Of a DNA stretch of 64,000 bases, positions 1 through 13,141 are shown piece by piece. The translations under genes and the position numbers were made by a program. The notes under the pieces were generated by a model, which had not been told where the DNA came from, did no database searches, and saw nothing but the letters and a program-made list of their open reading frames with translations. The DNA comes from Bispira polyomma (lineage: Eukaryota). Each line of letters opens with the position of its first letter. Positions within the stretch are counted from its first letter, which is position 1. The DNA lies in contig OZ287748.1 in NCBI GenBank assembly GCA_965649765.1, positions 14,756,001 to 14,820,000 of the forward strand, given 5' to 3'.

Positions 1-136
1 AATACATTCTTTCAAACTTTATTCCGGCACAATATAAACCTGGACCAAGACTTATAGAAACAGGCACTGAGATAGTGGGAAATTTAACATTGAAAATATA
101 AAGAGCATTCTTAAAAAAGGGTATATTTTAGTGGAC

Positions 137-270
137 TTAACCTTTTCCACCCCAAAAGAAAACTATTACTGGAACTAAAGAAATTTTTTCAGTATTAGGT
201 TACAGATAGCTGGAGATACTAAAACACACACACCACAGACTACTTCAAGCATTCAATAACAGCCTCTTGT
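137..270 (+). mobile_element. piggyBac-like MITE, left part (family A)
   Basis: Starts TTAA-CCTTTTCCACCCC and shares the ...ACAGATAGCTGGAG..ACTAAAACACACACCAC... core with copies at 32640, 39859-41315 (reverse) and 48140. Confidence 0.65.
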
Positions 271-2095
271 ATATATATATATATATTTTTAAAATAAGTG
301 AAAGTTTTCTTTTCAGCTAAAATTTCAATATACAGTATAATCACTTGTGATTGTAATGCCTGAATGATAATCTTCTCCTGACTTTAAGTATTCACATACT
401 AAAAGGTCATATGTGCTTCAACTTATTCTTTTTCTAATATTGGTGGGGTTTAAAGACATTCTCTCAACACCAACTGGTTTAAATATTTTCAGTATTCTTT
501 AGTCTCCATTGTGTCTTGTTTTAGATATTAAGCTTAATCTACCGAGTAATTTAAACATCAGTAAACAAACCGCTTATATTATCATCACTGAATATATCCG
601 TTGCAATGGATACAAAAACACATTTTAAAAGTGGCTTCATTTCTTTATTACAAAAAGACACATTTTCTGCTAATGAATTTGTTTTCTTTCTTTTTTCTTT
701 GCTGTCTTACAAATACCTTGGGGCGAGGTCTCCATATAATAATACTAAATTTAAACAGCAACCTTCAAGAGACGTCAAGCAATGTCTTTTATTTACCTCC
801 ATAAATAACCTAAAAAATTAATTACGAAAATCAAAAATTACAGGAAAAGTACTGTAGATTAAATTATTTCATATCAATCTCTATAAAAAATTCATTTCCA
901 AATAAAATGGTAAATATGTTGAAATAATTATTTCGATGTTGGCTTTAACAGTTTGCTACAAAAAAATTTAAGTACATGAGCCTAAAATGATTAAAAACGA
1001 AATCCCCCCGCTTTAGTACCTGTACCCAGAATAGTTTAGTATATATGGGAATTCTGTTTCTTAAAGGATCTTAGGACAACAAGTAAACAACGGTTATAAC
1101 AGCCTCCTGTTCCACCCATACTTTTTGGAACAAGCGCTTCTCTGTGTAAGACGATAGCTAACGTCACAAGGCAACACAATGGGATGCTTCACATAGCGTG
1201 TACACGCGAATAGAAAAAGGGCATTTGGAATAACGATACAGATATATTTGTGTTGCAACATTCCTCGTTTAATATGAGGGTCAGGAAAAGCATGGAAAAA
1301 TCGGTTTTCAAGAGTTGTTATGATTCTTGTGTGGTCTTTTTCATAAGTAAGTTTTAACAATAAATGATTTAAAGAACAACAGCCAATTAATAACACTGCT
1401 TTTACCCACAACTTGGGACCGATTGAATTCTTTTAGCCTAAGTTTTTTTATTTAACAGATCGTTGATAATTCAAAGCAGATAAACCAACACCTGGTACCA
1501 GAAGATTGGTATGATTCCTGGTGTATGATTTTCTGCATGATTTTGTTAAAAATAAAATACTGTAATTTCTGTAATAGACAGCGCTAAGTAGCCTATTCAG
1601 CCCAAATTCAGCCAACCCATACCAGCAACTGTCATTCACCTAACTAAAGATAAGAGGCTTGAGGATGACATAATTTATCAATGTAAACGAAGCTGTAACA
1701 CAGATATTGTGCTTCTAAAGTAGTTACTCGTCTTGCTAGAATAATATTTGCTTTGCTGTGGTGTGCAAAGACCTTGAGGATTAACCCCACAGATAGCGCT
1801 ACATTAAAATGACTCAAAGACATATACATTTGTATCATATGTTACAATTACACAGTTTTTTTTTTTGACGTTTAATAAAAAGCAGACATTATTGCAATGA
1901 ATTGACTTAAGGATAATTCTATTATAAGATCACAATAATAATTTTGACTTTTGATAAAAAGCAGATATTTTTAGATGAAATGAAAAGGCTATTGTAACTT
2001 GCTATAGAAAATGTTATATAATATTAGTTTTTTTTTCCTTTTATTGTTCTGTCTGTACAAGTCATAATACACAAGGAATAGACTTAAAACACAAA

Positions 2096-2407
2096 TACAT
2101 GTGTAATCTTAGACTTCTTCAAAACTTCAGTTGGTCATGTTAAGTCACACTTTCTGATATAAATGATTTACCAGGTGCAAATATTCTTTAGGACCAATGA
2201 AAAAACAGCAATTTCTATGCAACACAATGAGACATTTACAAAACCCTTAGCTACATGTGTAATCTTAGACTTCTTCAAAACTTCAGTTGGTCATGTTAAG
2301 TCACACTTTCTGATATAAAAGATTTACCAGGTGCAAATATTCTTTGGGACCAATGAAAAAACAGCAAGTTCTATGCAACACAATGAGACATTTACAAAAC
2401 CCTTAGC
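2096..2407. repeat. Tandem duplication, 2 x 156 bp
   Basis: 2096-2251 and 2252-2407 are directly adjacent and differ at 3 positions read by eye. Confidence 0.95.
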
Positions 2408-4637
2408 TTTACAAGAATTTGTGAAAGACAAAAACTACCATCTAAACAGAGAAATCATCATTGTAATTGAGAATAATCTTTAGGAGAGTACACGTTTGTG
2501 TCCTTTGTTTTACAGGGTTTTTTTCCTATATAGGATACGAGTGAATGTCAATTTGTGCAGGAGGACAATACCAGCAATTGAGTCTCAGTACATATATGCA
2601 AAATTATATTTTATTTTAGATATTCAATCAAAACATTTTTGTGATATATGTATGTAATATACCAGTATCTGACACAACAGTCAACTTAAAATTGCCTAAT
2701 GAACCAGTGATAACATTACCAGATGTATTTATTATCATCCAAATATATTTCCCCCTCGCTCATTTTTCCCTCCCTACTTTGCAGCTATGAATTTGATTTA
2801 ACTTAAAATCAACCAGGTTGACAGTAATCCTGTCACAGTCTTTAAGTGGTGCTTTCAAGCTGACACAATCTGAGTTTTGAACATTATAAGCTTAAAATCA
2901 TCCAATTTGAAAATAATCCTATCGCTGGCCATTTGCTTCTGTTTTCAAGCTTATTTACTGTTTACACAATCTGCTGCATCATGTTTTAACAACAAACATT
3001 TTAGCTTTAAAAGCATGTTACATAAGTGACTTCCATTCAATTAGGGACATTAAGTTCATTACAATAGAACCTCTATTATCCAAACATTTTGAGAGAGCAA
3101 GATTTTTGTTTGGATGTTAGACCGTTCATGAAATAGAAGTGACATTTCTGTATTAAACAATGGGAAAACATTATTCTAGGAGAGTAGAAAATAATATCAG
3201 AAAACTGAATATTTAGATAATAGAAGTTTGGATGATAGAGATTCTAAATATATTTGTTCATATCTTGTTATTTTGTTTATTATATCTTCTTACAGTTTAC
3301 AGGTCTCATTGGTGTATTTATTTCTAGCTCAAGTAATTTCAAGTATCACATGTCAACATTTTTTTATCTGAATATATATATGTAACCTAATTATACAAAC
3401 ATTACACACTTTGTCATTTTTTGGTATCAAATATACAAATTGACTGGATATTGATGTACTACTACTACACTGATATTATCAAATCAACCAGTCTACCATC
3501 TAAACTGTGCATGGAGGGTTTTTCACAAAAAGCTGAAACCCTGCTATAAATCAACTGCCTTGCTAATTTTCTAAAGTCACAAGGTAATATTTTTTTTAAA
3601 TACCCCCGGTAATAGTCAATAACGAAAGCAAACTAGTTAAAAGAAAAATTTATTATTTAAAAATTTAAAAAAAAATTTGTGAAAAAGAAATCTATTCTCA
3701 CACTTTGATGTGAAGTAATATACTTGTCAAGTAAATTTAGGCTTAGTCTTTTATTTCAAAGTCTTTTTAAGTTTAACAAAAAAAGAATGAGATTTAATGT
3801 GACACTAAATATAAGATATGGCCACATCAAACTACACATTTATATGGTACGTTATGTTTTAAATACTATAGTATATGCAGATTATATGATGTAACCAAAT
3901 TATTTCTGTATGTATATTTAAATCATGCATCATTTCTTTGAAGAACATTTTACAATCAGAAATTAAAGTATCTTATTTTTCTTATAGTGTTTACAAACGA
4001 GTATATAGTCCCAACCAATTTACAGATTATTCCACTCTCCTGCCTTTAACATAATCACTTCTACAACCTGACTATACATGTATATGAAATTACAAAAAGA
4101 GAAAATTACCTTTAGAAAAGGACAGATTTTTACTGTTTATATAAGTTCAATTAAAGCAACATGTTACATTGTAAAAGTACTTGAGTTACTAGAACAGAAA
4201 AGAAATAGTTGAACAATTGTGAAAAGTTTGCATCAAACCTTTAAAATTGAGCACAGGTTGCACGTAATTCTATAAGATAGATGATACGTTTGTATATATG
4301 TTTATGCATATACCGTAATTGTTGTAATAAAAACCTGTGAGCTTTTTCTCTAAAAAAGGGTGATATTATTAAAAAGAAAGAAAAAAAATGTTGAAATATG
4401 TAGGAATGTAACAAAAATTAATGTTGAAATAAAATCATGGTACCATGAATCAAACACTTATACGTACTATCTACTAGAATGTCTGGATGCTTAACCATTA
4501 TAGGTAAATAAAGATGTACCTACTGATCTAGATTATCAAAGAATTCTGTAAATACAGGTCGACTATTAAAACATTACCAACACTGCTCTGAAGATAAGAC
4601 TTACTGCTTTCCCATGACATTTGAGTTTACTACTCAG

Positions 4638-4840
4638 GTCCGCCAGTGAATTTCGCTGGCCACCAGTTCATTTTGCCAGTTGACGTTTTTGACATTAATA
4701 TACACTATTAATATCCCAAAATGGAATACATAAAACAACAGCTTATTGACATAAGCTTGATGTACATTAATTTAACTCTGATTGTGAAGTGGTTTCCGTT
4801 GGTGAAATTCGTTGGTGGGTGGTGAAATTCACTAGCTGAC
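4638..4840. mobile_element. Small MITE with imperfect TIRs
   Basis: GTCCGCCAGTGAATTTCGC at the left end versus reverse complement GTCAGCTAGTGAATTTCAC at the right end. Confidence 0.55.
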
Positions 4841-6057
4841 AATTAATTTCCGGCTGAAATATTAACATTTTAGTGATCTAAATATCTCTTAAAAATTAAA
4901 GAAGGGGGGGGTTAATTAGAGGGGGGGGGGGCTTTTATGACAGAAAATGCGGTGTTTTTCTGCACGTTATTAAGTGAGTCCCTGATATCGCGTACATTTT
5001 CCCTGACACCCAGAGGTTCACTTGGTATATGAAAACAGTCCTGGCTTTATAAGTGACACTAGCACTAGTGATTTTATGAGTGGTGTCAAATACAATAAAA
5101 TAGCATTATACAGATATATTTCTCTTTTTGTACATAAAAGGAGAGTACTTTTATATAGAAAACCTCACCTGTTTCAAATAGAACTGTGATGAATAGTCCA
5201 ATCGGAGTCAACAACTTCCACATGTTGACTGTATAGTATTTAAACAGCAAAAGCACTCGATATAAAGACACATATACTCCACAATTGCAGTGGTTATTTT
5301 TCAACTAATCCTTTTGTGTGCATCCATAAGTATATCCATTCGTCCTATATGCCCCATAATGCTTGTGTAATATATTACACAGAATTTTCGAGAAAACATC
5401 AAACAATGCATGCATGTATGTCCAATTGAATTTAAGTTTAAGATTGGCAATCTGTTTCCATTATTTCGATAATTATAAATATCAAATACTGGCACAATAT
5501 TTTTCAACTTCCAATCCATCTAATAGTTTCAACCATAAATACATATCGACAAATATTTTGTTTAACTTCAAATCCAGGACTTTTTGATATTATTATCTAT
5601 CAGGAGTCCATATACCGGTATATCCATATATATAATTTGTAACATCTCTATTAACATACAAATCATCCGCAAAAAAAACTATAATATATTTTTTCCCACT
5701 AATAAGTTTTTCATGTAAATATTAATGCGGCAGTGTAGAAGACTATATATCAAGGCTGATACATTCATTTTACCACCACACACAGAACAAAGGTAGTATA
5801 CGGGTAGTGGTAGCTTTATAGGTAATTCCACCTTGCTTTGTAATTGTGTGTGTGTGTGTATCAATTAATCCAATATGTACTCACGATCCAGGAATATCAT
5901 TTTATTTTTGTTATCCTTGAGTCATAATAATTATTATTATTATTCTTGATATTATTCCAGTGTTGTTGTTTATTTAAAACAGAGAGTGTCGTCTGGCACG
6001 TTAGCACACTACTGTAGTACAGTGACACTTTCTCTCCCCTCCTCTCAACTAGATGTG

Positions 6058-6089
6058 TTAGATCTGTGTTGGCAGTTGTTGCATTAAAA
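6058..6089 (-). CDS. Candidate alternative last exon 4 (coding part; frame uncertain, e.g. VLMQQLPTQI*)
   Basis: Minus-strand acceptor gtgtgtttgtatgtcacAG|TTTTAATGC, followed by long AT/GT-rich 3'UTR-like sequence with several AATAAA (e.g. plus-strand tttatt near 5901, 3751, 2040). No homology recognised. Confidence 0.3.
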
Positions 6090-8430
6090 CTGTGACATAC
6101 AAACACACACACAGACAGCCGATCAAAACTGCACAGGTAGAGCTAGAAATTCAATACACGGCTTGATTTCTCTGTCTAGATATTCACTTGTCTTCTGTAT
6201 ATACTTTCCCCCTCCCATCCTGTTAAGTTTATCTGTGTAATAAGGCCTGTTGTATAGGTCTTGTGTAGATGTATACTTTAATAGACACACTTGCTCTGGG
6301 GATAAAACCTGCAAAACACAAATTATAAATATCATATTATTATTTACAGTGAATTATATTAGGATTTTATCCAGGGCAGCTAGTGTTTGGATAGAAATTT
6401 CAGCTGGGAAAACAATTTTTCACCTAATTTACAATTTTAATTTCATATCATATTATTTACCGTGAATGACATTGATTTGTCCAGGTTAGCTACTGTTTAA
6501 ATAAAAATTTTAGCTGGAGAAAAAGAAATTACTTAATTTAAAATTTTCTTTTTAAAGAAGATTCACTGGAATAAATTTTCACTATATTGGCTAAATCATG
6601 TATATGCTTTTTCATTAAAAGATGAATACAAATTTAAAATTCTTACACTGTGAATTTTATTTTTGTTTTCACTATCCAAGTTCATTAGCTAAAATTGATT
6701 CCTGGTGAACGTGAACACTTTCACTGTATACATTACATTACTTAAAACCCTTAGGGGCTTTGTAAACTGGGTTTGATACAGTACGATACAAAATTTTACG
6801 CTATGACAACAATTTATGAACTATAAAAACTTTTTACAAAATCACCATCACATCTGGAACAATCACACAAACATGGTATTATATACAAACATTTCTCAAC
6901 GAGAAAAATTTGAAGTGGAAGGTAAGTCGTGATTTTTTCAGGCACAAGTTCCTCTATTATCGCCAAAAAAAGAGCCCTGTGGACAACGCGCACTTGAAAT
7001 GTTACTATACCTAAAGTACCTTATTTTGCTGTGACCTCGTCTGCAAAGGCCTTTAGGGCTCAACCCCCCCCCCCCCCCCACTCCCCCCTCCTCTTTGTAG
7101 CAATAAACTAACTCGCAACAGCCGATAGCTATTAATTGTCCCATACTTTTTTTTTCTCCTATCCCCAACTGGAAAGTCTGTATGTAATACTGTGTGTATG
7201 CACACTAACACACACACACACAGACAGACAGGTTATTTGAATCAATAGATTCACGCATGCATAGAAATAAATCATTTAATGTCAATGCCTGTTCATCAAA
7301 GACAATAAAAAAAAACACTGTTATTCTTACCAGTTTTTGTTACTCCAAAAAACAAACCACAGCACTACCCAAAAACAAATCAATTATTTACAGTAAATAT
7401 TTACCCAACTGCAAGTGGCTGTTACTTTTACTTGTAATAAATGATGATACCTTCTCATCATATTAATTTTTCTAATACATTACTGCAGGTATCTATGACT
7501 AAACTGGGTCACTTCTCTCTGCCAGGGTAGTGTATGTACCGCCAGTTTTTATTGTAATGGCAGGATTGTATCACAAATTTCAAAAAATATTTAAATAATA
7601 AAAAAAAAAAAAATTATAAAATGAAAGCCAAGTCTTAAACTCTTCCAACCACATAATTTATCTTCATTTAAGAACTCTTGTCTTCTTTAAGACACAGACA
7701 AACACACAGAAATTAAGAGAATATTTTTTTAAACAACTAAAATATACCTCTACCTGACAAGCTAGTTTATCACAATTTAAGGATATTATTACATCAATGT
7801 CCCACTATACTATATACACACAAAATAATATACCTTATTTTATGTCACAGGTAACAATAGATACCTTACTCAACACACAATACCTTCATTTATCACTTTA
7901 TCACACACTGCAAGACAAAGTGAGACCTTTTTTTTTGTTGTGCCAGTGGTAGACACACAATATTATTGTTTCATATTTACATTTGATATTGTTACACACT
8001 GATGAAATTACCTGTTGTTTATTAAGAAATGACAGTGTGTGTGACACATTACTCAATTGGACTACTATATAACAACTGCCCCCTCCCCCAAGACCCCTGG
8101 GTGAAGGGGGAGTAAGGTGTCATTATATGACATAGAAAAGAAACTCACTTATCACCCAAAAAATATCCTGGGAGTTTTTCATAGCATGTGTCCGATTTAA
8201 AAGTATTTAGTCATTTTATACACAGATTCAGTTTCACCCCTATTTTCATATTGTACTACATACATAATCCATGACACTGATTCAGCCTATTGTCTGGTCC
8301 ATCATTGCATGGTCAGAAAGTTGAACTGACCAATCACATTCTGATTGAACAATTATAACCAGCTGCCATGATGAGAGGGTGGTAGGTTGGGGAAGGGAGT
8401 TAACTGGGAAGGGGGGCGAGGATGAAAAGG

Positions 8431-8449
8431 TTAATCCTTTTGACGTTTC
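8431..8449 (-). CDS. Candidate alternative last exon 3 (coding part, e.g. (R)KRQKD*)
   Basis: Acceptor gtcctttttcAG|GAAACGTCAAAAGGATTAA. Downstream AATAAA at 8018-8023 and 7548-7553, and ATTAAA near 7275 followed by a GT-rich tract (7208-7230). Confidence 0.4.
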
Positions 8450-9393
8450 CTGAAAAAGGACTATGTAATCTGAAACACTATATATCCCCTCAAAAACAAA
8501 AATGAACACTCAAATGTGAAAGCTAACAATTATATCTACTTACTTTTTGTAACACTAATTTGTGAAGAAATAAAATCCCAAACACAAGGCTATATTAAAG
8601 GATTATATACCAGAGCGTTATATTCTGCTCAATACATGTCAATAATGTTAAGAATTTATATACACATTACATCACTTTAAATATACTGTTTAATCAGCTT
8701 ACCAGTACATTGAATTTCCTGTATATAATGCATTCAATTTCCCCTAGCTAACTTTATTGTCGAATCTTGGCAATTTGGTGACACATGGGCAGTGCCTTTG
8801 TTAACAAAAGATTATATAGTTTGTCCAACACCAACATACTACCCAATAGCAAGTTCAAAAACGTCTTTTCTGATTTGTACTCACTTTACAGGGGATTAAA
8901 TAAACAGGTTTCAATTGTAGAAACACTGAATTTCACTTCACATATGACTTTAAATATGTCAATGAACATTCATTAATAAATATATCCTAGACAATCAATA
9001 ATCTATAACGGCTTTTTCCATACAAATGTATAAACGCCATCTATAGATGTCATCCATTCACACGTATTGAAAATCTTTTTGACAAATAAAGACGATGGAA
9101 GTTGCTTTAAATAGTTAGTTTGGTGCAGCTTAAGTTAACTTAAAATTGGTATCTGAACTTGCAGCTTAAGATATACTGTACAAAGTGATGTTTTGAACTA
9201 TAAAAATCGGACCATAAATTTAAAAATAATATGCCTTAAATCTGTACGTTCTAGTACAAAATCCTCTGGCCACGATGACATGTACGGATGACGCGTGTAC
9301 GCATGCATGGAAACAGTACTTTAGTTTTTTCTTACAAGAACCTGTTCAGCACGGCATGGAATAGTATCCAGGCATTGATAATACTGGGTTGGT

Positions 9394-9424
9394 TCACAAA
9401 ATTGTTCGACGCACATTACAATGT
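9394..9424 (-). CDS. Candidate alternative exon 2 (e.g. (R)HCNVRRTIL*; may instead be an 89-nt cassette exon 9336-9424)
   Basis: Acceptor atctatgttttAG|ACATTG, possible donor GTAAGA at 9335-9330, and AATAAA at 8753-8758. Confidence 0.35.
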
Positions 9425-10118
9425 CTAAAACATAGATTTCTTTGACATAAAACATAGCATTCTGTATTTCAATTCACAGGCATGAAGTAGCATATACATG
9501 TTCAATTAATTTTTCCATTGTTAAATTTATTTATTTTTAAACGCAACGGACGGTATTAGGACCAGACAGGTATATTATAAACGGATGTATCTACATGGAT
9601 ATATACCATATATTTTTACCCCTAGGTGAGTTTTTCCATTTCATATTTTTTTTTCATTGCATCCTAAAAAGAGAGGTACTTTCTGACCTAATATGTTCGT
9701 TAATATATTACACTGATTTGAGCTCAATCCAAAAAGATTCTATTTAACAGTCACACTAATTATACACCATCCCCACCTAGTACCTATATACCATTCTTCT
9801 TTGCATATTGGTAATATATTGACACATCATTTATTTGCCGTCTGTACACATATATATAACATCATTTACTTACTATATAATGTACCACCCCGTTTTTTCC
9901 GTGACTCGAGTTCGATATAATCGTCAGTTCAGTTTTTACTATCCACCCACAGAATAAAACACACACACATACACAGACACGTTTTATAATTGACAGAAAA
10001 AGAGAGAAACAAAATGAACACACCCCGATATTCTTTGACATTGATTTTCCCTCTTTTCGTACCTTTTTTCCATACAAACTATATATACACCCATGTATTA
10101 TATACTGGGTAGATGGTT

Positions 10119-10182
10119 CTAATGTGTGTAATAATAGTTGTAAACCCGATTCATTGTTGATATTTCTTTGCAAGTGCTCAAT
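10119..10182 (-). CDS. Candidate alternative last exon 1 (e.g. (R)LSTCKEISTMNRVYNYYYTH*)
   Basis: Acceptor TGCATGatgttttccgcttAG|ATTGAG and AATAAA at 9830-9835. Confidence 0.3.
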
Positions 10183-10694
10183 CTAAGCGGAAAACATCAT
10201 GCAACGATGGAAAGGGGGAGGGGTATGTCTATGACGTACATTGATGTGTGCAGAGAGGGGGGAGGGGGGGGGGGTACTTTGATATATCGCCAACCAATGA
10301 GGGTATAGGGTTTCATAAGACAAGGGGGATTATCTGTATTTATATTGAATATTTAGTTATTAATGATTTTGTTAGCGTACATGATGTGTTGAATGCTCGT
10401 GAAAAAGGGATGGGAATAAAATATACTGTAGATTGTACATAGCTAGTTTTTTAGTAAAAATTTTCAAAACTATATGTAATCATTAAAATAAAGTGTGTCT
10501 CATAATATTATATCAAGTAAAAATTTAGAAACAACTATAGTCTATTACCGGTATGTATACGTTTCCTGAAATAGGAATTTGTTAATATGGAAAATGTTTA
10601 CTTTCTAAAGTGATATTTATGTACTGTTGATTGATAATTTAGATCAGTGTTCTTTCCTTTCAAAATACTTTAAATTTCATCTATAACCTAGAAG

Positions 10695-11035
10695 CTAGGT
10701 ATATAGGGCACTAGGTAGACTACATACCTCTGATAAGGTGCCACAGTGACAAACACATGGGCCCGTATTCACGAAAGGACTTAGGTTTAAATCAGTATAC
10801 TTTTGTGCTAGATTTAAGCCTAAGACTTGGCAAAGTCCCTTCGTGAATACTGGCCCAGAAATATAAATTCCTGCATCCACCTCTATACCTGTACCCGCTT
10901 CTAAAATGTAATGGTTTCTTCTTGGGGTCAATATATCCAATCCCTCCACATCAAATTCCATGTAAACTGATTAGATAGCTTGTAACAAACCAACCAACGG
11001 ATACCGTTAAAACACAACCTTCTTGTTAGAGGTAC
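10695..11035 (-). mobile_element. Short Helentron-associated element (HINE family H1), interrupted by a MITE
   Basis: On the minus strand it has an ACCTCTAACAAGAAGGTTGTG-like 5' end and a ...AGAGGTATG..CTACCTAGTGCCC..CTAG 3' end, matching other H1 copies. Confidence 0.55.
10760..10855. mobile_element. 96-bp Harbinger-like MITE nested in the HINE
   Basis: TIRs GGCCCGTATTCACGAAAGGACTT versus GGCCAGTATTCACGAAGGGACTT (reverse complement). Confidence 0.8.
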
Positions 11036-11502
11036 ATATGATACAAATGTAATGAAGATACCTACATTAAGGCTGGACAAGTGCTTCAGTTAGTTTAGAA
11101 CTCTTCAGATTATATATCTCCTATAAGGGCAGTAATTAATAGCCTACAATAGTTCCATATCCTGTGAACGAAAAATGTGTCAAAACTCATATCAATCTTC
11201 CACACAAGCAACTGATTTTGATGAGTATCCTTAATAAATTCCACTGACTAAAGAGTCTTTCTGGTTTATGAAATATTTTTGTGAAGCCGTATTTAAAAGT
11301 TGATGGTTTTATTCCAGTAAATAATGCAATATTCAAAAGTAGTTCTAATAAGTAAAGAACTATATTTAATCCTACTAGACAGTCACAGACAGTATTAATT
11401 ACCCGGTGAATTAAAATAGGATATAGTTGTTTGTTTCTGCCATCACAGAACCTTTGGTAAATAACAGTTCAATCATTCATTATATAGTGGACTTTGGCAC
11501 AC

Positions 11503-11564
11503 CTTCTTTTCCCGGTAGGATTTTTTTTCCTCGATGAATTTGAAACTGGATAATATATCTCCGT
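11503..11564 (-). CDS. Candidate 62-nt internal exon of an unidentified host gene
   Basis: Long pyrimidine tract plus tttacAG acceptor and AAG|GTGTGC donor. Open in all three frames: TEIYYPVSNSSRKKNPTGKR, GDILSSFKFIEEKKSYREKK, RRYIIQFQIHRGKKILPGKE. Confidence 0.45.
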
Positions 11565-13141
11565 CTGTAAATCAAAGTAAACAGAAGATACAAAAAGGAC
11601 AACTGAAGTCACCAAAAAGAAATAAAACACACACATAGACCGACAGTGTAAAATGACAGAGATATTTATATATACCACCAATATACACAAAAGCTTTAAT
11701 GTAAGAAGAAGGGTTTAAAAATGGGTTTCCACAAACCCTTATATGTCCAGAAGATCTAAATAAGATAGTAATCTAAATGCCTAGTTTTACATTCAAATCT
11801 CCTTTTCTCCTTTACCCTATTAAATCTTTGACAGTCTTATAGAAAAAGACAAACACACACGGGCTCTCATAAACTTAGACAAGTGCTTGAAATGTAATAT
11901 TACATACATACTACACACACATTTTACGACAGCCATAACTCAAACTGAAACTCAAATGACGTTAAAAAGGCTTCCAAAATAACATATAGTACTTGTTGCC
12001 CATTCATTTTAATAGAGCTTCAGCGCTGACTTTAAATATGGTGTCAGATTTTACATATAAAACTTATTAAGATAAGGATCGTATATATATATTTTAGTTT
12101 AAGTCTACCTTAAGTTGGGAATATATATGTATGTGCATATATACCAGTATATTTCTTTTAAAGGAATATACACAGACACTGGTGTTTGTCTTGTGACTCA
12201 GGAAATAATAAAACCGGGGACCTTAAACCTTAATAAAAATAGATTTCAGAGACACACATGTCATGCCCATCAAATTATATAATAGAAAAAGAGCTAGGTA
12301 CCCAGTATATGTGACATATACAAACCTAAAGGTAACTTTAATCTGATTCTTAAAAACTTTATAGTTGAAGTGGGTGTCATATGTTAGACAGTGAAAGAAA
12401 ATCTGTAAGAAGATGAAATAGTATAATATTTACTAGCCCTTTTTTCTGGCTCTTCACACTTTTTGAGAAATAAATTAATTTGTTAAAATTTCTATTTTTT
12501 AAAAACTTGTGGAAAGGCCAAGCTGGTAAAAAAAAGTGCCAAAATACATTGTTTTCATGTCAGTTTAAGTTGTTATAAAAGTAGATTATTTTGTTGTTCT
12601 ATCTTAAGTGTTAAAAGGAACCGATTATTGTCCTTGGCATCTATATATTTATCTTAGGAGTGAATCTAGTGATACACATCTTGAGCTTAAAGTCACAAGA
12701 TAAACATTACTTTATGGTGTTTTCATCTCATCTTGGCATAATCAGTACATTCTTAGACAATATCATCAAATAATAGCCCCTCAATTAATAGTCTGTTTAT
12801 AATTATAGTTGGAAAACGCTCTTTTTTTTTAAATTTTGGGATGTACTAACAATTTCTTATTGCAAGGAACTGAAGAAAAATAAAATAATACTTTTGGGGG
12901 TGTCGAGTGCTTACCGACAGACATGGGTTCTAGAAGTAAGAAATGCTTTTGACTGCTTTTTCACAACATAGAGAGTCGAAAGGGTTTTATACAATCTTAA
13001 CACAGTTATGCCGTGGGATTTAATAACGGAAAATAAGTTCTTCCAAAGATCTCCAAGCTGTATATTCGCTCAGAATTTTGAAAAATAAACCTAAAAAAAT
13101 TGTACAGACACTAAGAAAAAACACCAGGGACAGATTCCATA

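Noticed and set aside
9336-9424. Cys/Tyr-rich frame (IVMCVEQFCEPTQYYQC) as a CPEB-type zinc finger
   Set aside because: Cys/His spacing does not fit and there is no terminal His pair, so no gene symbol was assigned.
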